This document shows, piece after piece, positions 17,278 through 27,105 of a stretch of DNA of 64,000 nt (positions are counted from its first letter, which is position 1; every line of letters starts with the position of its first letter). Both the position numbers and the translations under genes were made by a program. Under the pieces are notes generated by a model, which saw nothing but the letters and a program-made list of their open reading frames with translations, was not told where the DNA came from and did not search any database. The stretch lies in the NCBI GenBank assembly GCA_046727155.1, contig JBKPCB010000014.1, positions 22,695 to 86,694 on the forward strand. The letters are read 5' to 3'. The DNA comes from Candidatus Methylomirabilota bacterium (GTDB lineage Bacteria > Methylomirabilota > Methylomirabilia > Rokubacteriales > CSP1-6).

Positions 17278-18480
17278 ACGGAGCAATCCTCCACGACCCG
17301 CTGGTTCCTGCTGGCGATCGCGGTTGCGATCATCGCCGTCGGCTTCGGAACGCTCTTCTCGCTGAGCGTCTTCCTCCTCCCCATCGAGGAATCCATGCAT
17401 TGGCCGCGCGCCGCCCTCTCTGGCGTTGCGATGCTCGGCTGGGTGACGATGGGGATCGGCTCGTTCATCTGGGGAACGCTGTCCGACAGGATCGGCGTCC
17501 GCTTCGTCCTCGCCGCCGGCGGGGCCCTGCTGGGTCTCGGCATGGTGCTATCGAGCCAGGCAACCTCGCTCGGCCAGTTCTACATCACGTTCGGCACCAT
17601 GGTGGGGTTCGCCGTCGGGGCGCTGTACGCGCCCCTCAACTCCGCCGCGGCCCGATGGTTCACGGCACGCCGGGGCCTCGCGGTCGGGATCGTCTCGGCC
17701 GGCATTGGCCTCGGCACGTTCGTCATGGCGCCGTTCAGCCGATGGCTCATCAACGTCCATGACTGGCGCGGGGCCATGCTGGTGCTGGGTGACATCGCGT
17801 GGCTCGTGATCATCCCCGGCGCGCTGCTGATCCGCGAGACCCCGCGTCGGGATCAGGGGTCTGGCCTTGCGCCGCGCATGTCGACGAGCGAATCACTATC
17901 CTCGATCGCGCGGATCAGCCGCGCGCCGCAGTTCTGGGCCATCGCGCTCACACACTTCGCCTGCTGCGCGGCCCATGCCGGCCCCATCTTCCACATGGTC
18001 ACGCACGTGGCCGAGCAGGGGATCGCGGCGATGTCCGCCGCCACCGTCTTCGGTGTGGCCGGGCTCGCATCCACGGGGGGGCGGATCATGACCGGGGTGC
18101 TCGCGGATCGCTTCGGAGCCAAACCGACGCTCGTGGCCATCCTGGGATATCAGGCGCTCACGCTGGCCGGCTATCTGATCGTCGGTGATCTCGGGGCGTT
18201 CTACGCCCTCGGGATCGGCTTCGGGATCGCCTACGGTGGCGTCATGCCGCTTTATGCCCTCGTGACGCGGGAGTGCTTCGGTGAGAAGGTCATGGGAACA
18301 GCCTACGGCGCCGTCTTCCTCGTCTCCTGCCTGGGGATGGGAGTGGGCACCTTCGGGGGCGGATGGTTCTACGACCGCCTGGGCAGCTATGCCTGGATGT
18401 ACGGAAGCGCTTTCGCCGTCGGCGGTTTGGCAGTCGTCCTCGCGCTCACCTTGCGCCGTCCCGCCTCCGTGATCGCTTGA
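17275..18480 (+). CDS. MFS transporter (oxalate/formate antiporter-like OFA family)
   Basis: 12 predicted TM helices. MFS signature loops. OFA-like N-terminus. Confidence 0.8.
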   Translation: MTEQSSTTRWFLLAIAVAIIAVGFGTLFSLSVFLLPIEESMHWPRAALSGVAMLGWVTMGIGSFIWGTLSDRIGVRFVLAAGGALLGLGMVLSSQATSLGQFYITFGTMVGFAVGALYAPLNSAAARWFTARRGLAVGIVSAGIGLGTFVMAPFSRWLINVHDWRGAMLVLGDIAWLVIIPGALLIRETPRRDQGSGLAPRMSTSESLSSIARISRAPQFWAIALTHFACCAAHAGPIFHMVTHVAEQGIAAMSAATVFGVAGLASTGGRIMTGVLADRFGAKPTLVAILGYQALTLAGYLIVGDLGAFYALGIGFGIAYGGVMPLYALVTRECFGEKVMGTAYGAVFLVSCLGMGVGTFGGGWFYDRLGSYAWMYGSAFAVGGLAVVLALTLRRPASVIA

Positions 18481-18523
18481 GCCGCGGCGCCCCCTCACGC
18501 TCTGCGCGGTGAGTGCGAGACGC

Positions 18524-19309
18524 TCAGGGACTGAACACCTCGATCCAGACTCGCAGCATCACGATAGCGATGATCACCGCCAGCACCGCGCGCAGCACCG
18601 AGACGGAGGCGCGCCGGCTGACCCAAGCTCCGAGCGGCGCTCCCGACAGCGAACCCGCGACCACGACGATAGTTGGCCAGAGCGGCACCTGAGCCGTTAG
18701 GAGCTTGCCGAGAAAGCCCATCGAAGCCGCCATTCCCGTCATGGCAAGCGAGGTGCCGATGCTGACTCGCACAGGAATCCGCATGATGCCGATGAGCACG
18801 GGCACCAAGAGGAAAGCGCCCCCCGCCCCGACCAGGCCCGACATGACGCCGATAAATCCAGGATAGATGACAGCCGCGACTCGGCTGAACGGCACCGAGG
18901 CGTGGTGCACACCGTCGGCGAGCCGGGGTGGCGGTACTAACATGAGCGGAAGGGCCACCGTGGTCATGGCCGCGAAGACGCCCAGGAGCACCCGACCGCT
19001 CACGTACCGTGAGCCGACGGCACCGATCAGCGCTCCGACAGCCATGGCGGTGCCGCCAACCAGGGTCAGTTGCCGGTGGACGGCAGCCTCGCGTCCGTGG
19101 GTCCATGCGCCGACCACCGCCGCGGCCAGCACTTGAGCCATGGTCACGCCGGCGACCAGCTTGATGTCCAGGCTGCCAACCGCGAGGAGCGGCGGCACGT
19201 AGTAGAGAAGGGGGATCATCACGACGGCGCCGCCCACTCCCACGAGGCCGGAGGTGAACGCGCCGATCAATCCGAGGCCGAACAGCGTCAGAGCCATCGG
19301 CAGGGTCAA
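18524..19309 (-). CDS. TauE/SafE family sulfite exporter-type membrane protein (second paralog)
   Basis: 261 aa. Gly-rich TM repeats (GLVGVGGAVVMIPLL… / GAGGAFLLVPVL) characteristic of DUF81/TauE. Confidence 0.8.
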   Translation of the reverse strand: MTLPMALTLFGLGLIGAFTSGLVGVGGAVVMIPLLYYVPPLLAVGSLDIKLVAGVTMAQVLAAAVVGAWTHGREAAVHRQLTLVGGTAMAVGALIGAVGSRYVSGRVLLGVFAAMTTVALPLMLVPPPRLADGVHHASVPFSRVAAVIYPGFIGVMSGLVGAGGAFLLVPVLIGIMRIPVRVSIGTSLAMTGMAASMGFLGKLLTAQVPLWPTIVVVAGSLSGAPLGAWVSRRASVSVLRAVLAVIIAIVMLRVWIEVFSP

Positions 19310-19380
19310 GCCGACGTCCCCGTCATTCCTCCTTCATGGTAGTCGGTCACGACCACCATGATATCCCGACCGCCAGGCGG

Positions 19381-20004
19381 TCAGCGAAGACTCGAATAGT
19401 ACGCGGCCAGGTCGGTGAAGGTCTCGTCGGGGATGGTCTTCATCAGCGCCTTGAGCGCCGCGAGCGCCGGGTCGCCCGGGCTCCGATTGTCCGCCTTGAA
19501 CCGCAGCATTTGCTCGCGGAGATAGCCCGGTGGCTGCCCTGTCAGGTTCGGGACGAGCTTGGCCGGATCTCCGCGGCCGTCCGTGCCGTGGCAGACCACG
19601 CACTGCACGGAAGCGGTTCGCCCGCGCTCTACCGCGGCCGTCGAGACCTTGATGGGCGTGGGTTGGCGGCTCTGGCCCGCGAAGTACGCCGCGATATCGT
19701 CCACGCCCAGGAGCACCACCATTTTGGCGTAGGGCTCCATCTCGGGTGAGGGCCGCTTGCCCCCCGCGTAGTCCCCGATCTGCTTCTTGAAGTAGGCGGG
19801 ATACGCGCCCGCCAGGCTCGGCATCGAATCCGAGATGCTATTGCCGCCGGTGCCGTGGCAGGCCGTGCACGTGAAGACTTTGGAAAACCCCGGCATGTCG
19901 ACAGGGCCGCCCGCGGCCGCGCCCGTGACGCCGACGGTCGACAGCACGGCGAGCAGGAAGAGAACGAAGGCGGCGCAGGCAATCAGTCGGTGTCGCGTCG
20001 TCAT
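19381..20004 (-). CDS. dihaem c-type cytochrome (cytochrome c4-like; probable FccA-type partner of sulfide dehydrogenase)
   Basis: Signal peptide. Two CxxCH motifs (CTACHG, CVVCHG). Immediately downstream of the fccB-like gene. Confidence 0.8.
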   Translation of the reverse strand: MTTRHRLIACAAFVLFLLAVLSTVGVTGAAAGGPVDMPGFSKVFTCTACHGTGGNSISDSMPSLAGAYPAYFKKQIGDYAGGKRPSPEMEPYAKMVVLLGVDDIAAYFAGQSRQPTPIKVSTAAVERGRTASVQCVVCHGTDGRGDPAKLVPNLTGQPPGYLREQMLRFKADNRSPGDPALAALKALMKTIPDETFTDLAAYYSSLR

Positions 20005-20016
20005 GCGGCGTCCTCC

Positions 20017-21291
20017 CTAGGCCAGCATGTCGTTCCAGATGCTCTGAGCCCAGCCGACGGCGTGCTGGCCCCACGCCTCGCTTTGCGACGGCGTGAGCTT
20101 CTGCTCGATTTGGACGACCTTCCCATTCTCGATTTTGTAGGCATTGACCACCGCGATCGCTTCGCGGTCATTCACCCAGCTATAGCAGGTGTTGCCCGGC
20201 GCCATGGCCGGCGGCTCCTTGCCGTTGAGCTGGTGGACGATGGCAATGGCGGCGATCTTGCCCATGTTGTTTGCCACGTTGCCCGACTTGGGGACCGGCA
20301 GCCCGATGGTCGAGTCACCGATCACATGGACCCCCTTCTGCTTGACCGACTCGTATGTGAGGTGGTTGACCTCGCACCAACGCTTGTCGGCGCCGACGAG
20401 ATCCGCCTGAACGGCGATGGTCCCGGCCCGCTGCGGCGGGATCAGATTGATGACGTCGTAGCGGACGCGGTCGAACTCGGTGCGCACTTCCTTCACGCCG
20501 GGATCCACGCCGACGACCTTGCTCGACGGCCGGTACTCGATATTGGGATACGCCTGCCACGCCGCCCGGAAGAGTGCCGTCTTGGACACGATGTTCTGAT
20601 TGGCGTCGAGCACAATCAGTTTGGATTTGGGCTTGTTGTTCTTGAGGTACCAGGCGACCTGGCAGATGCGCTCGTAGGGGCCCGGCGGGCAGCGGTAGGC
20701 CACCGGCGGCACCGTGAGGACGAAGACGCCGCCGTCGGACATCGAGTGCAGCTGCGCGGCGAGGGCCACGGTCTGAGGCCCCGCCTTCCAGGCATGGAGC
20801 ACCTTGTCCTGGTTCTGGGCCAGGCCCTCGACCTGCTCCCACTGGAACTCCACGCCCGGCGAGACGACGAGCCGGTCGTATTCGAGATAGCCCTCGCCCA
20901 CCCGCACGCGCTTGCGGTCGGGCTCGATCGCAGTCGCCATCTCGTGGATGATCTTCACGTCGTTGCGGCGTAAGCCGGCATACGTGAAGGTCAGGCTCTC
21001 GATCTTCCGGACGCCGCTCAGCACGAGATTGCTGAACGGGCACGAGACGAACTCCCGGTTGGGCTCGATCAGGACAACCTCGATCTTGGGATCGAGCAGC
21101 CGGACGTATTTGGCCGCCGTGGCCCCGCCCCACCCGCCGCCGATGACGACCACCCGCTGCCCCGACTTGGGGGCGACGTCGCCCTTGACCGTGGCCGCGC
21201 ATCCGGCCACGCCGGCTCCACCCAGCAGTCCGAGACCCGCGCCGATCGCCGACGCCTTGAGGAACTCCCTGCGAGAGGCGTTCATGGTCAT
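20017..21291 (-). CDS. fccB: flavocytochrome c sulfide dehydrogenase flavoprotein subunit (FccB/SoxF family)
   Basis: Tat signal (SRREFLKASAIG). FAD-binding GGGWGG Rossmann motif. Pyridine-nucleotide-disulfide oxidoreductase family, 424 aa. Confidence 0.8.
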   Translation of the reverse strand: MTMNASRREFLKASAIGAGLGLLGGAGVAGCAATVKGDVAPKSGQRVVVIGGGWGGATAAKYVRLLDPKIEVVLIEPNREFVSCPFSNLVLSGVRKIESLTFTYAGLRRNDVKIIHEMATAIEPDRKRVRVGEGYLEYDRLVVSPGVEFQWEQVEGLAQNQDKVLHAWKAGPQTVALAAQLHSMSDGGVFVLTVPPVAYRCPPGPYERICQVAWYLKNNKPKSKLIVLDANQNIVSKTALFRAAWQAYPNIEYRPSSKVVGVDPGVKEVRTEFDRVRYDVINLIPPQRAGTIAVQADLVGADKRWCEVNHLTYESVKQKGVHVIGDSTIGLPVPKSGNVANNMGKIAAIAIVHQLNGKEPPAMAPGNTCYSWVNDREAIAVVNAYKIENGKVVQIEQKLTPSQSEAWGQHAVGWAQSIWNDMLA

Positions 21292-21335
21292 CCCCTCCTC
21301 AGCAATTCCGCCTTTCTTGACCGGGATGCCGAGGA

Positions 21336-21364
21336 ACGCTACAAGGGTATATTCTCCCTGTCAA
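21336..21364 (-). promoter_or_regulatory. candidate promoter TTGACA-N17-TAGCGT with imperfect palindrome (GACAGGG…CCCTTGT) upstream of fccB
   Basis: Read on the minus strand in the 89-nt gap between the thrC-like and fccB genes. Confidence 0.35.
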
Positions 21365-21380
21365 GGGATTAGTTGGGCGG

Positions 21381-22616
21381 TTAGTGTGCGACGGCCTGCT
21401 TGACCTGAGCCAGGATTTTGTCGGGATCGCCCTCGAGATGGATGGGCGGCTCGAGCGCCGGCGGCGGGTTCTTGATGCCGCAGCCGGTGAGGACCAGCAA
21501 GGCGCGCGCGCCCGTATCGAGCTGGCCCCCACTCTTGAGCTGGATCAGGGCGGCCAGCGCCGCCGCGGCCTCGGGCGCGGTCCAGATACCCTCGGTGCGC
21601 GCCAGCAGCCGCTGCGCCTCGATGATCTCGCGCTCGCTGACGGCGCGAGCGGATCCGCCCGTGTCGCGGAGAATCTTGAGCATCTGGCGCCCCGCGAACG
21701 GCCCTGGCACCCGCAGTCCCGGGGCATTGGTAACCGGGTTTTCCCAGAGCGCCGTGTTCTCGGCCTTCTCGTCCCAGGCCTTCACGACCGGCGCGCACCC
21801 CTCGGCCTGGACGGCGATGAAGCGAGGCTGGGTGGGCTTGATCCAGCCCATGGCGGCGAGCTCTTCATATGCCTTCCAGATGCCGACGAGCCCGGTGCCG
21901 CCGCCGGTGGGATAGAAGAGCAGATCGGGCGCCTCCCAGCCGAACTGCTCGGCCAGCTCGAGGCCCATGGTCTTTTTGCCCTCGAGCCGGTACGGCTCCT
22001 TGAGCGTGGCCAGGTCGAACCAGCCGACTTGTGCCGCGACCGAGGCGATGAGCTTCCCCGCCGTGGAAATCGAGCCCTCGACGGTGAACACATGGGCGCC
22101 CGCCAGTATCGCTTCGGCGATCGCCGCCTCGGCGGTGCCGCGCGGGACCACGACGGCGACGGGCACGCCGGCCCTTGCCCCGTACACGGCCGCGGCGCCG
22201 CCCGCATTGCCCGCCGACGGAATCATCAGACCCTTGACGCCCAGCGTCCGTGCCTTGGTCACCGCCATGCCGAGTCCGCGCGCCTTGAAAGAGCCGGTGG
22301 GATTCTGCCCTTCGTCCTTGGCCCAGAGGTGGCGCAGCCCGAGGTGGGCGGCGAGTCGCGGCAGCGGAAGCAGCGGCGTGCCGCCCTCGCCCAGCGTCAC
22401 CGGCTCTTCATTGGGGCCCAGCGGCAGCAGCTCGCGGAAGCGGTACATCCCGGGCGGACGCTGCTTGAGATCGTCCTTGCTCACCGCTTTGGTGACTCTC
22501 TCGAGATCGTAGCGCACGGCCAGCATCTGGCCGCATTTGACGCAGACGGTGAGGACCTGGCCGGCCTCGTGGCGGTGACCGCAGACCGTGCACTCGATGT
22601 GGGAGACGAAGCCCAT
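21381..22616 (-). CDS. thrC: threonine synthase family PLP enzyme (class II/archaeal type with N-terminal zinc ribbon)
   Basis: N-terminal CxxC…CxxC ribbon. PLP-lysine block (NPTGSFKARG). Fold-type II PLP signature (GNAGGAAAVYGA). Confidence 0.8.
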   Translation of the reverse strand: MGFVSHIECTVCGHRHEAGQVLTVCVKCGQMLAVRYDLERVTKAVSKDDLKQRPPGMYRFRELLPLGPNEEPVTLGEGGTPLLPLPRLAAHLGLRHLWAKDEGQNPTGSFKARGLGMAVTKARTLGVKGLMIPSAGNAGGAAAVYGARAGVPVAVVVPRGTAEAAIAEAILAGAHVFTVEGSISTAGKLIASVAAQVGWFDLATLKEPYRLEGKKTMGLELAEQFGWEAPDLLFYPTGGGTGLVGIWKAYEELAAMGWIKPTQPRFIAVQAEGCAPVVKAWDEKAENTALWENPVTNAPGLRVPGPFAGRQMLKILRDTGGSARAVSEREIIEAQRLLARTEGIWTAPEAAAALAALIQLKSGGQLDTGARALLVLTGCGIKNPPPALEPPIHLEGDPDKILAQVKQAVAH

Positions 22617-24701
22617 CTAGTGCTTCTCGACCTTCTCCTTCTCGGCCTTGGCGGCGGCGACCACCTTCTCGGCGAGATGGGCCGGCACTTCCTCGTAATG
22701 GGAGAACTCCATCGAGTAGCCGCCCCTGCCGCCGGTCATGGAGCGCAGCGAAGACTCATACGTCAGCATCTCGGCCATCGGCGCCTGGGCGCGCACGGAC
22801 ACGGTCTCACCCTCGGGCTCCATTCCCACGATGCGGCCGCGCCGGCCATTCAGATCGCCGATGACGTCGCCGGCGTTCTCCGCGGGCGCCGTCACTTCCA
22901 CGTTCATGATCGGCTCGAGGAGGACGGGCTTGGCCTCCATGAACCCCTTCTGCAGGCCCATGCTGGCCGCGATCTGGAAGGCCATATCGGAAGAGTCCAC
23001 GTCGTGGTAGGAGCCGTCGTACAGCGAAACCTTGAGGTCCACGATTGGATAGCCTGCCAGGATGCCGCGCTTCATGCACTCGCGCACGCCCTTTTCCACC
23101 GACGGGATGTAGTTGCGCGGGACGGAGCCGCCGAAGATGTCGTCGACGAACTCGAAGCCGCCGCCCCGCTGGAGCGGCTCGACCTTGAGCCACACGTCGC
23201 CGTACTGGCCGCGGCCGCCGGTCTGCTTCTTGTACTTGCCCTGCACCTCGGCGCGCCCCTTGACGGTTTCCTTGTAGGGGATGCGCGGCGGCAGCACGGT
23301 GACGTCCACGTTGTACTTGCGCTTCATGCGCTCCACGGTCACTTCCACGTGGAGCTGGCCGATCCCCGAGACCAGGAGCTGCTTCGTCTCCGGGTCGAAA
23401 TGATGGTGCAGCGTCGGGTCCTCCTCCTCCATCCGGTGCAACGCCGTCGAGATCTTGTCCTCGTCGCCGCGGCTCTTGGGCTGGATCGAGAAGGAGATCG
23501 AAGGCTCCGGGAAGGCGATGGCGGGCAGCACCACCGGGCGGGCCTCATCGCAGAGCGTGTCGCCGGTGAGCGTGTCCTTGAGCTTGGCGACCACGCCAAT
23601 CTCCCCCGGCCCCAGCGACTCCACCGGCTTCTGGGTCTTGCCCTGCAGCCAGCCGACGTGCCCCACGCGTTCCTTCACGTCGCGTGTGGAGTTGAACAGC
23701 TGGCTGTCGGCCTTGAGCGTGCCCGAGTAGACGCGGAAGAGCGAGAGCCTGCCGACGTGGGGGTCGGACACCGTCTTGAAGACCAGTGCCGCCAGCGGCG
23801 CCTTGGGGTCTGGCGCGCGCTTCGCGGCGCTCTTGCTCTTGGGGTCGATGCCCTCGACCTCGCCCTGATCGGCGGGCGACGGGAACTCGTCGACGATCAG
23901 GTCCAGCAGCGGCTGCACGCCGATGGCGCGCGTGGCCGAGGCCGCCAGGACCGGCACCAGGGTCCCGGCCGCGATCGCCTTGCGCAGCGCCGCGACCATC
24001 TCGGGCTCGGCAAGGGAGCCCTCCTCCAGATACTTGGCGAGCAGGTCATCGTCGGTCTCGGCCACCGCCTCCACCAGCTTCTCGCGGTAGGACTTGGCCG
24101 TGTCCATGAGCTCGCCCGGAATGTCAGTCTCGGTCGTCTTTCCGCCGGCGGTCGTATAGGCCTTCATGGCGACCAGGTCCACCACTCCGCTGAAGCCCGC
24201 TTCGCTGCCGACGGGCACCTGGAGCGGGCAGAGGCAACCTTTGAGGCGCTTCTGGAGCGACTCGAGTGTCCGGAGGAAGTCGGCGCGCTCACGATCCAGC
24301 CGATTGATCACGACCACGCGGGGCAGGCTGTACTCGTTGGCGAATTTCCACACCTTCTCGGTCTGCACCTGCACGCCGGCCACGCCATCCACCACGATGA
24401 CGGCCCCGCCCACCACGCGCAGCCCGCCGCGGGCGTCGGCCACGAAGTCGCCGTACCCGGGGGTGTCGACGAGATTGAGACGATGGCCCTTCCAATCACA
24501 GTAGGCCACCGAGGTGTTGAGCGAGATCTTGCGCTTGATTTCGTCGGGATCGAAGTCCGTGGTGGTGGTGCCGTCCTCGACCTTGCCGAGACGGTTCACG
24601 GCGCCACACGCGAACAGGATGGACTCGACGAGGGATGTCTTGCCGACTCCGCCGTGGCCGGCGAAGCCGACGTTTCGGATCTTGCCGATCTCCAGAGCCA
24701 T
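22617..24701 (-). CDS. elongation factor G paralog (EF-G2-like translational GTPase)
   Basis: G1 AHGGVGKTSL, DTPGYGDF, NRLD motifs. Domains II-V present. Not in a str-operon context. Confidence 0.85.
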   Translation of the reverse strand: MALEIGKIRNVGFAGHGGVGKTSLVESILFACGAVNRLGKVEDGTTTTDFDPDEIKRKISLNTSVAYCDWKGHRLNLVDTPGYGDFVADARGGLRVVGGAVIVVDGVAGVQVQTEKVWKFANEYSLPRVVVINRLDRERADFLRTLESLQKRLKGCLCPLQVPVGSEAGFSGVVDLVAMKAYTTAGGKTTETDIPGELMDTAKSYREKLVEAVAETDDDLLAKYLEEGSLAEPEMVAALRKAIAAGTLVPVLAASATRAIGVQPLLDLIVDEFPSPADQGEVEGIDPKSKSAAKRAPDPKAPLAALVFKTVSDPHVGRLSLFRVYSGTLKADSQLFNSTRDVKERVGHVGWLQGKTQKPVESLGPGEIGVVAKLKDTLTGDTLCDEARPVVLPAIAFPEPSISFSIQPKSRGDEDKISTALHRMEEEDPTLHHHFDPETKQLLVSGIGQLHVEVTVERMKRKYNVDVTVLPPRIPYKETVKGRAEVQGKYKKQTGGRGQYGDVWLKVEPLQRGGGFEFVDDIFGGSVPRNYIPSVEKGVRECMKRGILAGYPIVDLKVSLYDGSYHDVDSSDMAFQIAASMGLQKGFMEAKPVLLEPIMNVEVTAPAENAGDVIGDLNGRRGRIVGMEPEGETVSVRAQAPMAEMLTYESSLRSMTGGRGGYSMEFSHYEEVPAHLAEKVVAAAKAEKEKVEKH

Positions 24702-24798
24702 GCCTGCCTCCCCTTGGACCTAGCCCGAACGATGGAACACCAGAAGAAGGAAGAGGGCGATGTGGGCGGATGCTACCACATGGTGGGGGAGCGATAAA

Positions 24799-24820
24799 GG
24801 GGGCGCCGGCCGGCGCCCCC
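24799..24820 (-). terminator. perfect 11-bp GC palindrome (GGGGGCGCCGG/CCGGCGCCCCC), candidate intrinsic terminator after the beta-propeller gene
   Basis: Located 29 nt downstream of the stop at 24849. No T-tract, which is common in high-GC genomes. Confidence 0.4.
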
Positions 24821-24848
24821 GGGCGCCTCTGCGTGCTGCGCCGAGGCC

Positions 24849-26051
24849 CTATTGCTGCCGGCCGCGCATGGAGGCGGGCTGGCCGGGGAGCTTGAGGGTC
24901 TTGCCCGTATTGACGACGCGGACGCCCTTCTTGGTCTTCTCCACCTTGAGGATGGACACGTCGCTGTCGATGTAATTGCCAACGTAGAGGTACTGGCCGT
25001 CGGGGCTCCAGACGGCGCCCTCCGGCAGCCCCTTGACCTCGACTTCGTCGAGCTTGGTCACCGTCTTGTAGTCGATCTTGAGGATGACCACGCTGCCCTG
25101 GCGGTTGTAGAACCAGGAATTCTGCGGGCCATCATTGCCGCGCAGCAGCATCACCGCGGCGAGGTCGCCCTTGGGACTGATGGCGAGGCCCTCGGGCGCG
25201 TCGCCCACGACCACGCGGTCGATCACGCGCGGCGGCGTCGCCTCGAGGTCGATGACGCTGACCGTGTCGATGTTCCCGTCCGAGCGGCCGGCATTGCCAT
25301 TGTCGGCCGTCAGCGCGATGGTGCCGAGCGGCGAGACGTCCACGTTATAGGGCCAGAGCCCCACGTTCATGTTGTGCTTGGTGTCGGTGACTTTCTGCCC
25401 GTCCACATTGAGCACGGCGATCTTGTGGCCGGGAAACTTGGCCGCGAGCGCGCGCTTGCCGTCAGGGGTGAAGGCTACATGGGAGACCATCTCGCCCATG
25501 GGCACGGTGTCGACGAGCTTGACCTCCTTGCCCTGGATGCTCAGGACGCTGATGGAGTTGTCAGCGCGATTGGCGATGAGCGCGAGATCACCCTTGGGAT
25601 TGATGCTGAGGCCCGAGGGCTGTTTCCCCACCTCGACCGTCGCGATGTGGGCGGGCGGGCTAGCCGTCAGGTCGATCACGTAGAGCTTGTTGTCCGGCAC
25701 CCCCTTCCACTTCTCACCGTCCTTTTGCCAATCCAGCGAGTTCGCCACGATGGCGAGCTTCTGGTCGGGCGTGATGGCGAGGTTGGTTGGCGGGCCGACA
25801 ATCGTGTTCATCAGTGGCAGGCTCACGACGATCTTCGGCGCCTCGCGACTGCTGATGTCCACAATGGTTACCGAGTCCTTGCCGGGGGGCCCGAAGACGA
25901 TGTTGCCGGCCTTGTCAAAGGTGGCTTTGTTGTCATTGCCGATGATCATCAGCTGGGCGTGGGCCGCGTTCGGCCACATCACGAGCAGCGTGACGAGGGC
26001 GACCAGGACGGCGCCCCAACGTGTCGGCGAGCCGGTTTGCTCCGTGTTCAT
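24849..26051 (-). CDS. secreted YVTN-family beta-propeller repeat protein
   Basis: Signal peptide. Repeated ~40-aa blades (…SPDGK…YV.N….V.V.D). RBS AGGAG. Sigma70-like promoter upstream. Confidence 0.75.
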   Translation of the reverse strand: MNTEQTGSPTRWGAVLVALVTLLVMWPNAAHAQLMIIGNDNKATFDKAGNIVFGPPGKDSVTIVDISSREAPKIVVSLPLMNTIVGPPTNLAITPDQKLAIVANSLDWQKDGEKWKGVPDNKLYVIDLTASPPAHIATVEVGKQPSGLSINPKGDLALIANRADNSISVLSIQGKEVKLVDTVPMGEMVSHVAFTPDGKRALAAKFPGHKIAVLNVDGQKVTDTKHNMNVGLWPYNVDVSPLGTIALTADNGNAGRSDGNIDTVSVIDLEATPPRVIDRVVVGDAPEGLAISPKGDLAAVMLLRGNDGPQNSWFYNRQGSVVILKIDYKTVTKLDEVEVKGLPEGAVWSPDGQYLYVGNYIDSDVSILKVEKTKKGVRVVNTGKTLKLPGQPASMRGRQQ

Positions 26052-26095
26052 AGAGGTCTCCTTTCCCCGGGGTGGCAGGGCAGTGACGCGCGGAG

Positions 26096-26124
26096 AACAT
26101 AAGCGCAGGACCCGGGGTTGTCAA
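26096..26124 (-). promoter_or_regulatory. sigma70-like promoter TTGACA-N17-TATGTT upstream of the beta-propeller gene
   Basis: Near-consensus hexamers with 17-nt spacing. RBS AGGAG before the ATG at 26051. Confidence 0.5.
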
Positions 26125-26155
26125 TCGCCTTTAGGCGGGCGGAAGCGGACGGAGG

Positions 26156-27097
26156 CTACGGACGGACGATCTTGCTGGCGAGAACGCCGATGCTCTCGAC
26201 CTCGGCCTCGATCCGGTCGCCGGCCTTGAGGAAGTTGCCGCTGGCGGCGCCCACGCCGTCGGGCGTCCCCGTGGCGATGATGTCGCCGGGAAGCAGGGTC
26301 ATGGATTGCGAGAGCACTTCGATGCACTGGGCCACGGGGAAGATCATCTTGGAGGTGTGACTCGATTGGCGCACCTTGCCGTTGACACGGAGGGAGATGC
26401 CCAGGGCCTGAGGGTCCGGGAGCTCGTCTGTCGTGACGAGAACCGGGCCCATGGGGCAGAAGGTATCGAGCGATTTGCCCTTGAACCATTGATTGTGGCG
26501 CTTCTGGAGATCGCGCGCGGTCACGTCATTGATCACCGTGTAGCCGAAGACATGCTTGAGCGCTTCGTCGGGCGGGATGTCCCGCCCCCCCGGGCCGATC
26601 ACCACCGCCAACTCGACCTCGTAGTCGAGCTCCTTGGTCACGGCGTGGTGGACCACGTCGTCTCCCGGCCCGACCACCGTCGTGCTGGGCTTGGTGAAGT
26701 AGACGGGATACTCGGGCACGGCGGCGCCACGCTCGGCGGCGTGGTCGGCGTAGTTGCGGCCGAGGCAGAAGATGTTCCGGGCGGGCGACGGGATGGGGGC
26801 CAGGAGGCGAACGCGCTTGAGGGGATAGGCGAGCCGGCGCTTGGCCAGCTCCTCAATGGCCTGCTGGTCCGCCAGCCGCTTGCCGTACTCCCAGGCCTCG
26901 CGCGCGACAGTGAGCGTCGCCTCACCGCCCTGGATCAGCTCCAGCATGGTGCGTGGAAAGCCGCCGCGGCCCCGCCTGATCGCGCCGCGCTGCGCGGCCA
27001 GCTCCTTCGCCAGGCCGCCCAGGTCCAGCACGCGCTCGTGCCACACGGCTCCGAGCTTGGGCTCACCACGGCCGCGACGGAACGTGACGAGGTGCAC
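26156..27097 (-). CDS. fumarylacetoacetate hydrolase (FAH) family protein
   Basis: C-terminal 220 aa carries FAH-fold blocks (NIFCLGRNYADHA, DYEVELAVVIG, TGTPDGVG). GTG start chosen at VHLVTF. The longer ORF upstream is Arg/Gly low-complexity. Confidence 0.75.
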   Translation of the reverse strand: MHLVTFRRGRGEPKLGAVWHERVLDLGGLAKELAAQRGAIRRGRGGFPRTMLELIQGGEATLTVAREAWEYGKRLADQQAIEELAKRRLAYPLKRVRLLAPIPSPARNIFCLGRNYADHAAERGAAVPEYPVYFTKPSTTVVGPGDDVVHHAVTKELDYEVELAVVIGPGGRDIPPDEALKHVFGYTVINDVTARDLQKRHNQWFKGKSLDTFCPMGPVLVTTDELPDPQALGISLRVNGKVRQSSHTSKMIFPVAQCIEVLSQSMTLLPGDIIATGTPDGVGAASGNFLKAGDRIEAEVESIGVLASKIVRP

Positions 27098-27105
27098 GGG
27101 TGCGC

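Noticed and set aside
22617-24701. EF-G as the canonical fusA
   Set aside because: It has no rpsL/rpsG/tuf context and is flanked by metabolic genes, so I call it an EF-G2-type paralog.
21384-24797. 1137-aa ORF on the plus strand
   Set aside because: It is antisense to the thrC-like and EF-G genes. Its composition is Arg/Gly/Ala/Leu low-complexity, typical of spurious open frames in high-GC DNA. No motifs recognised.
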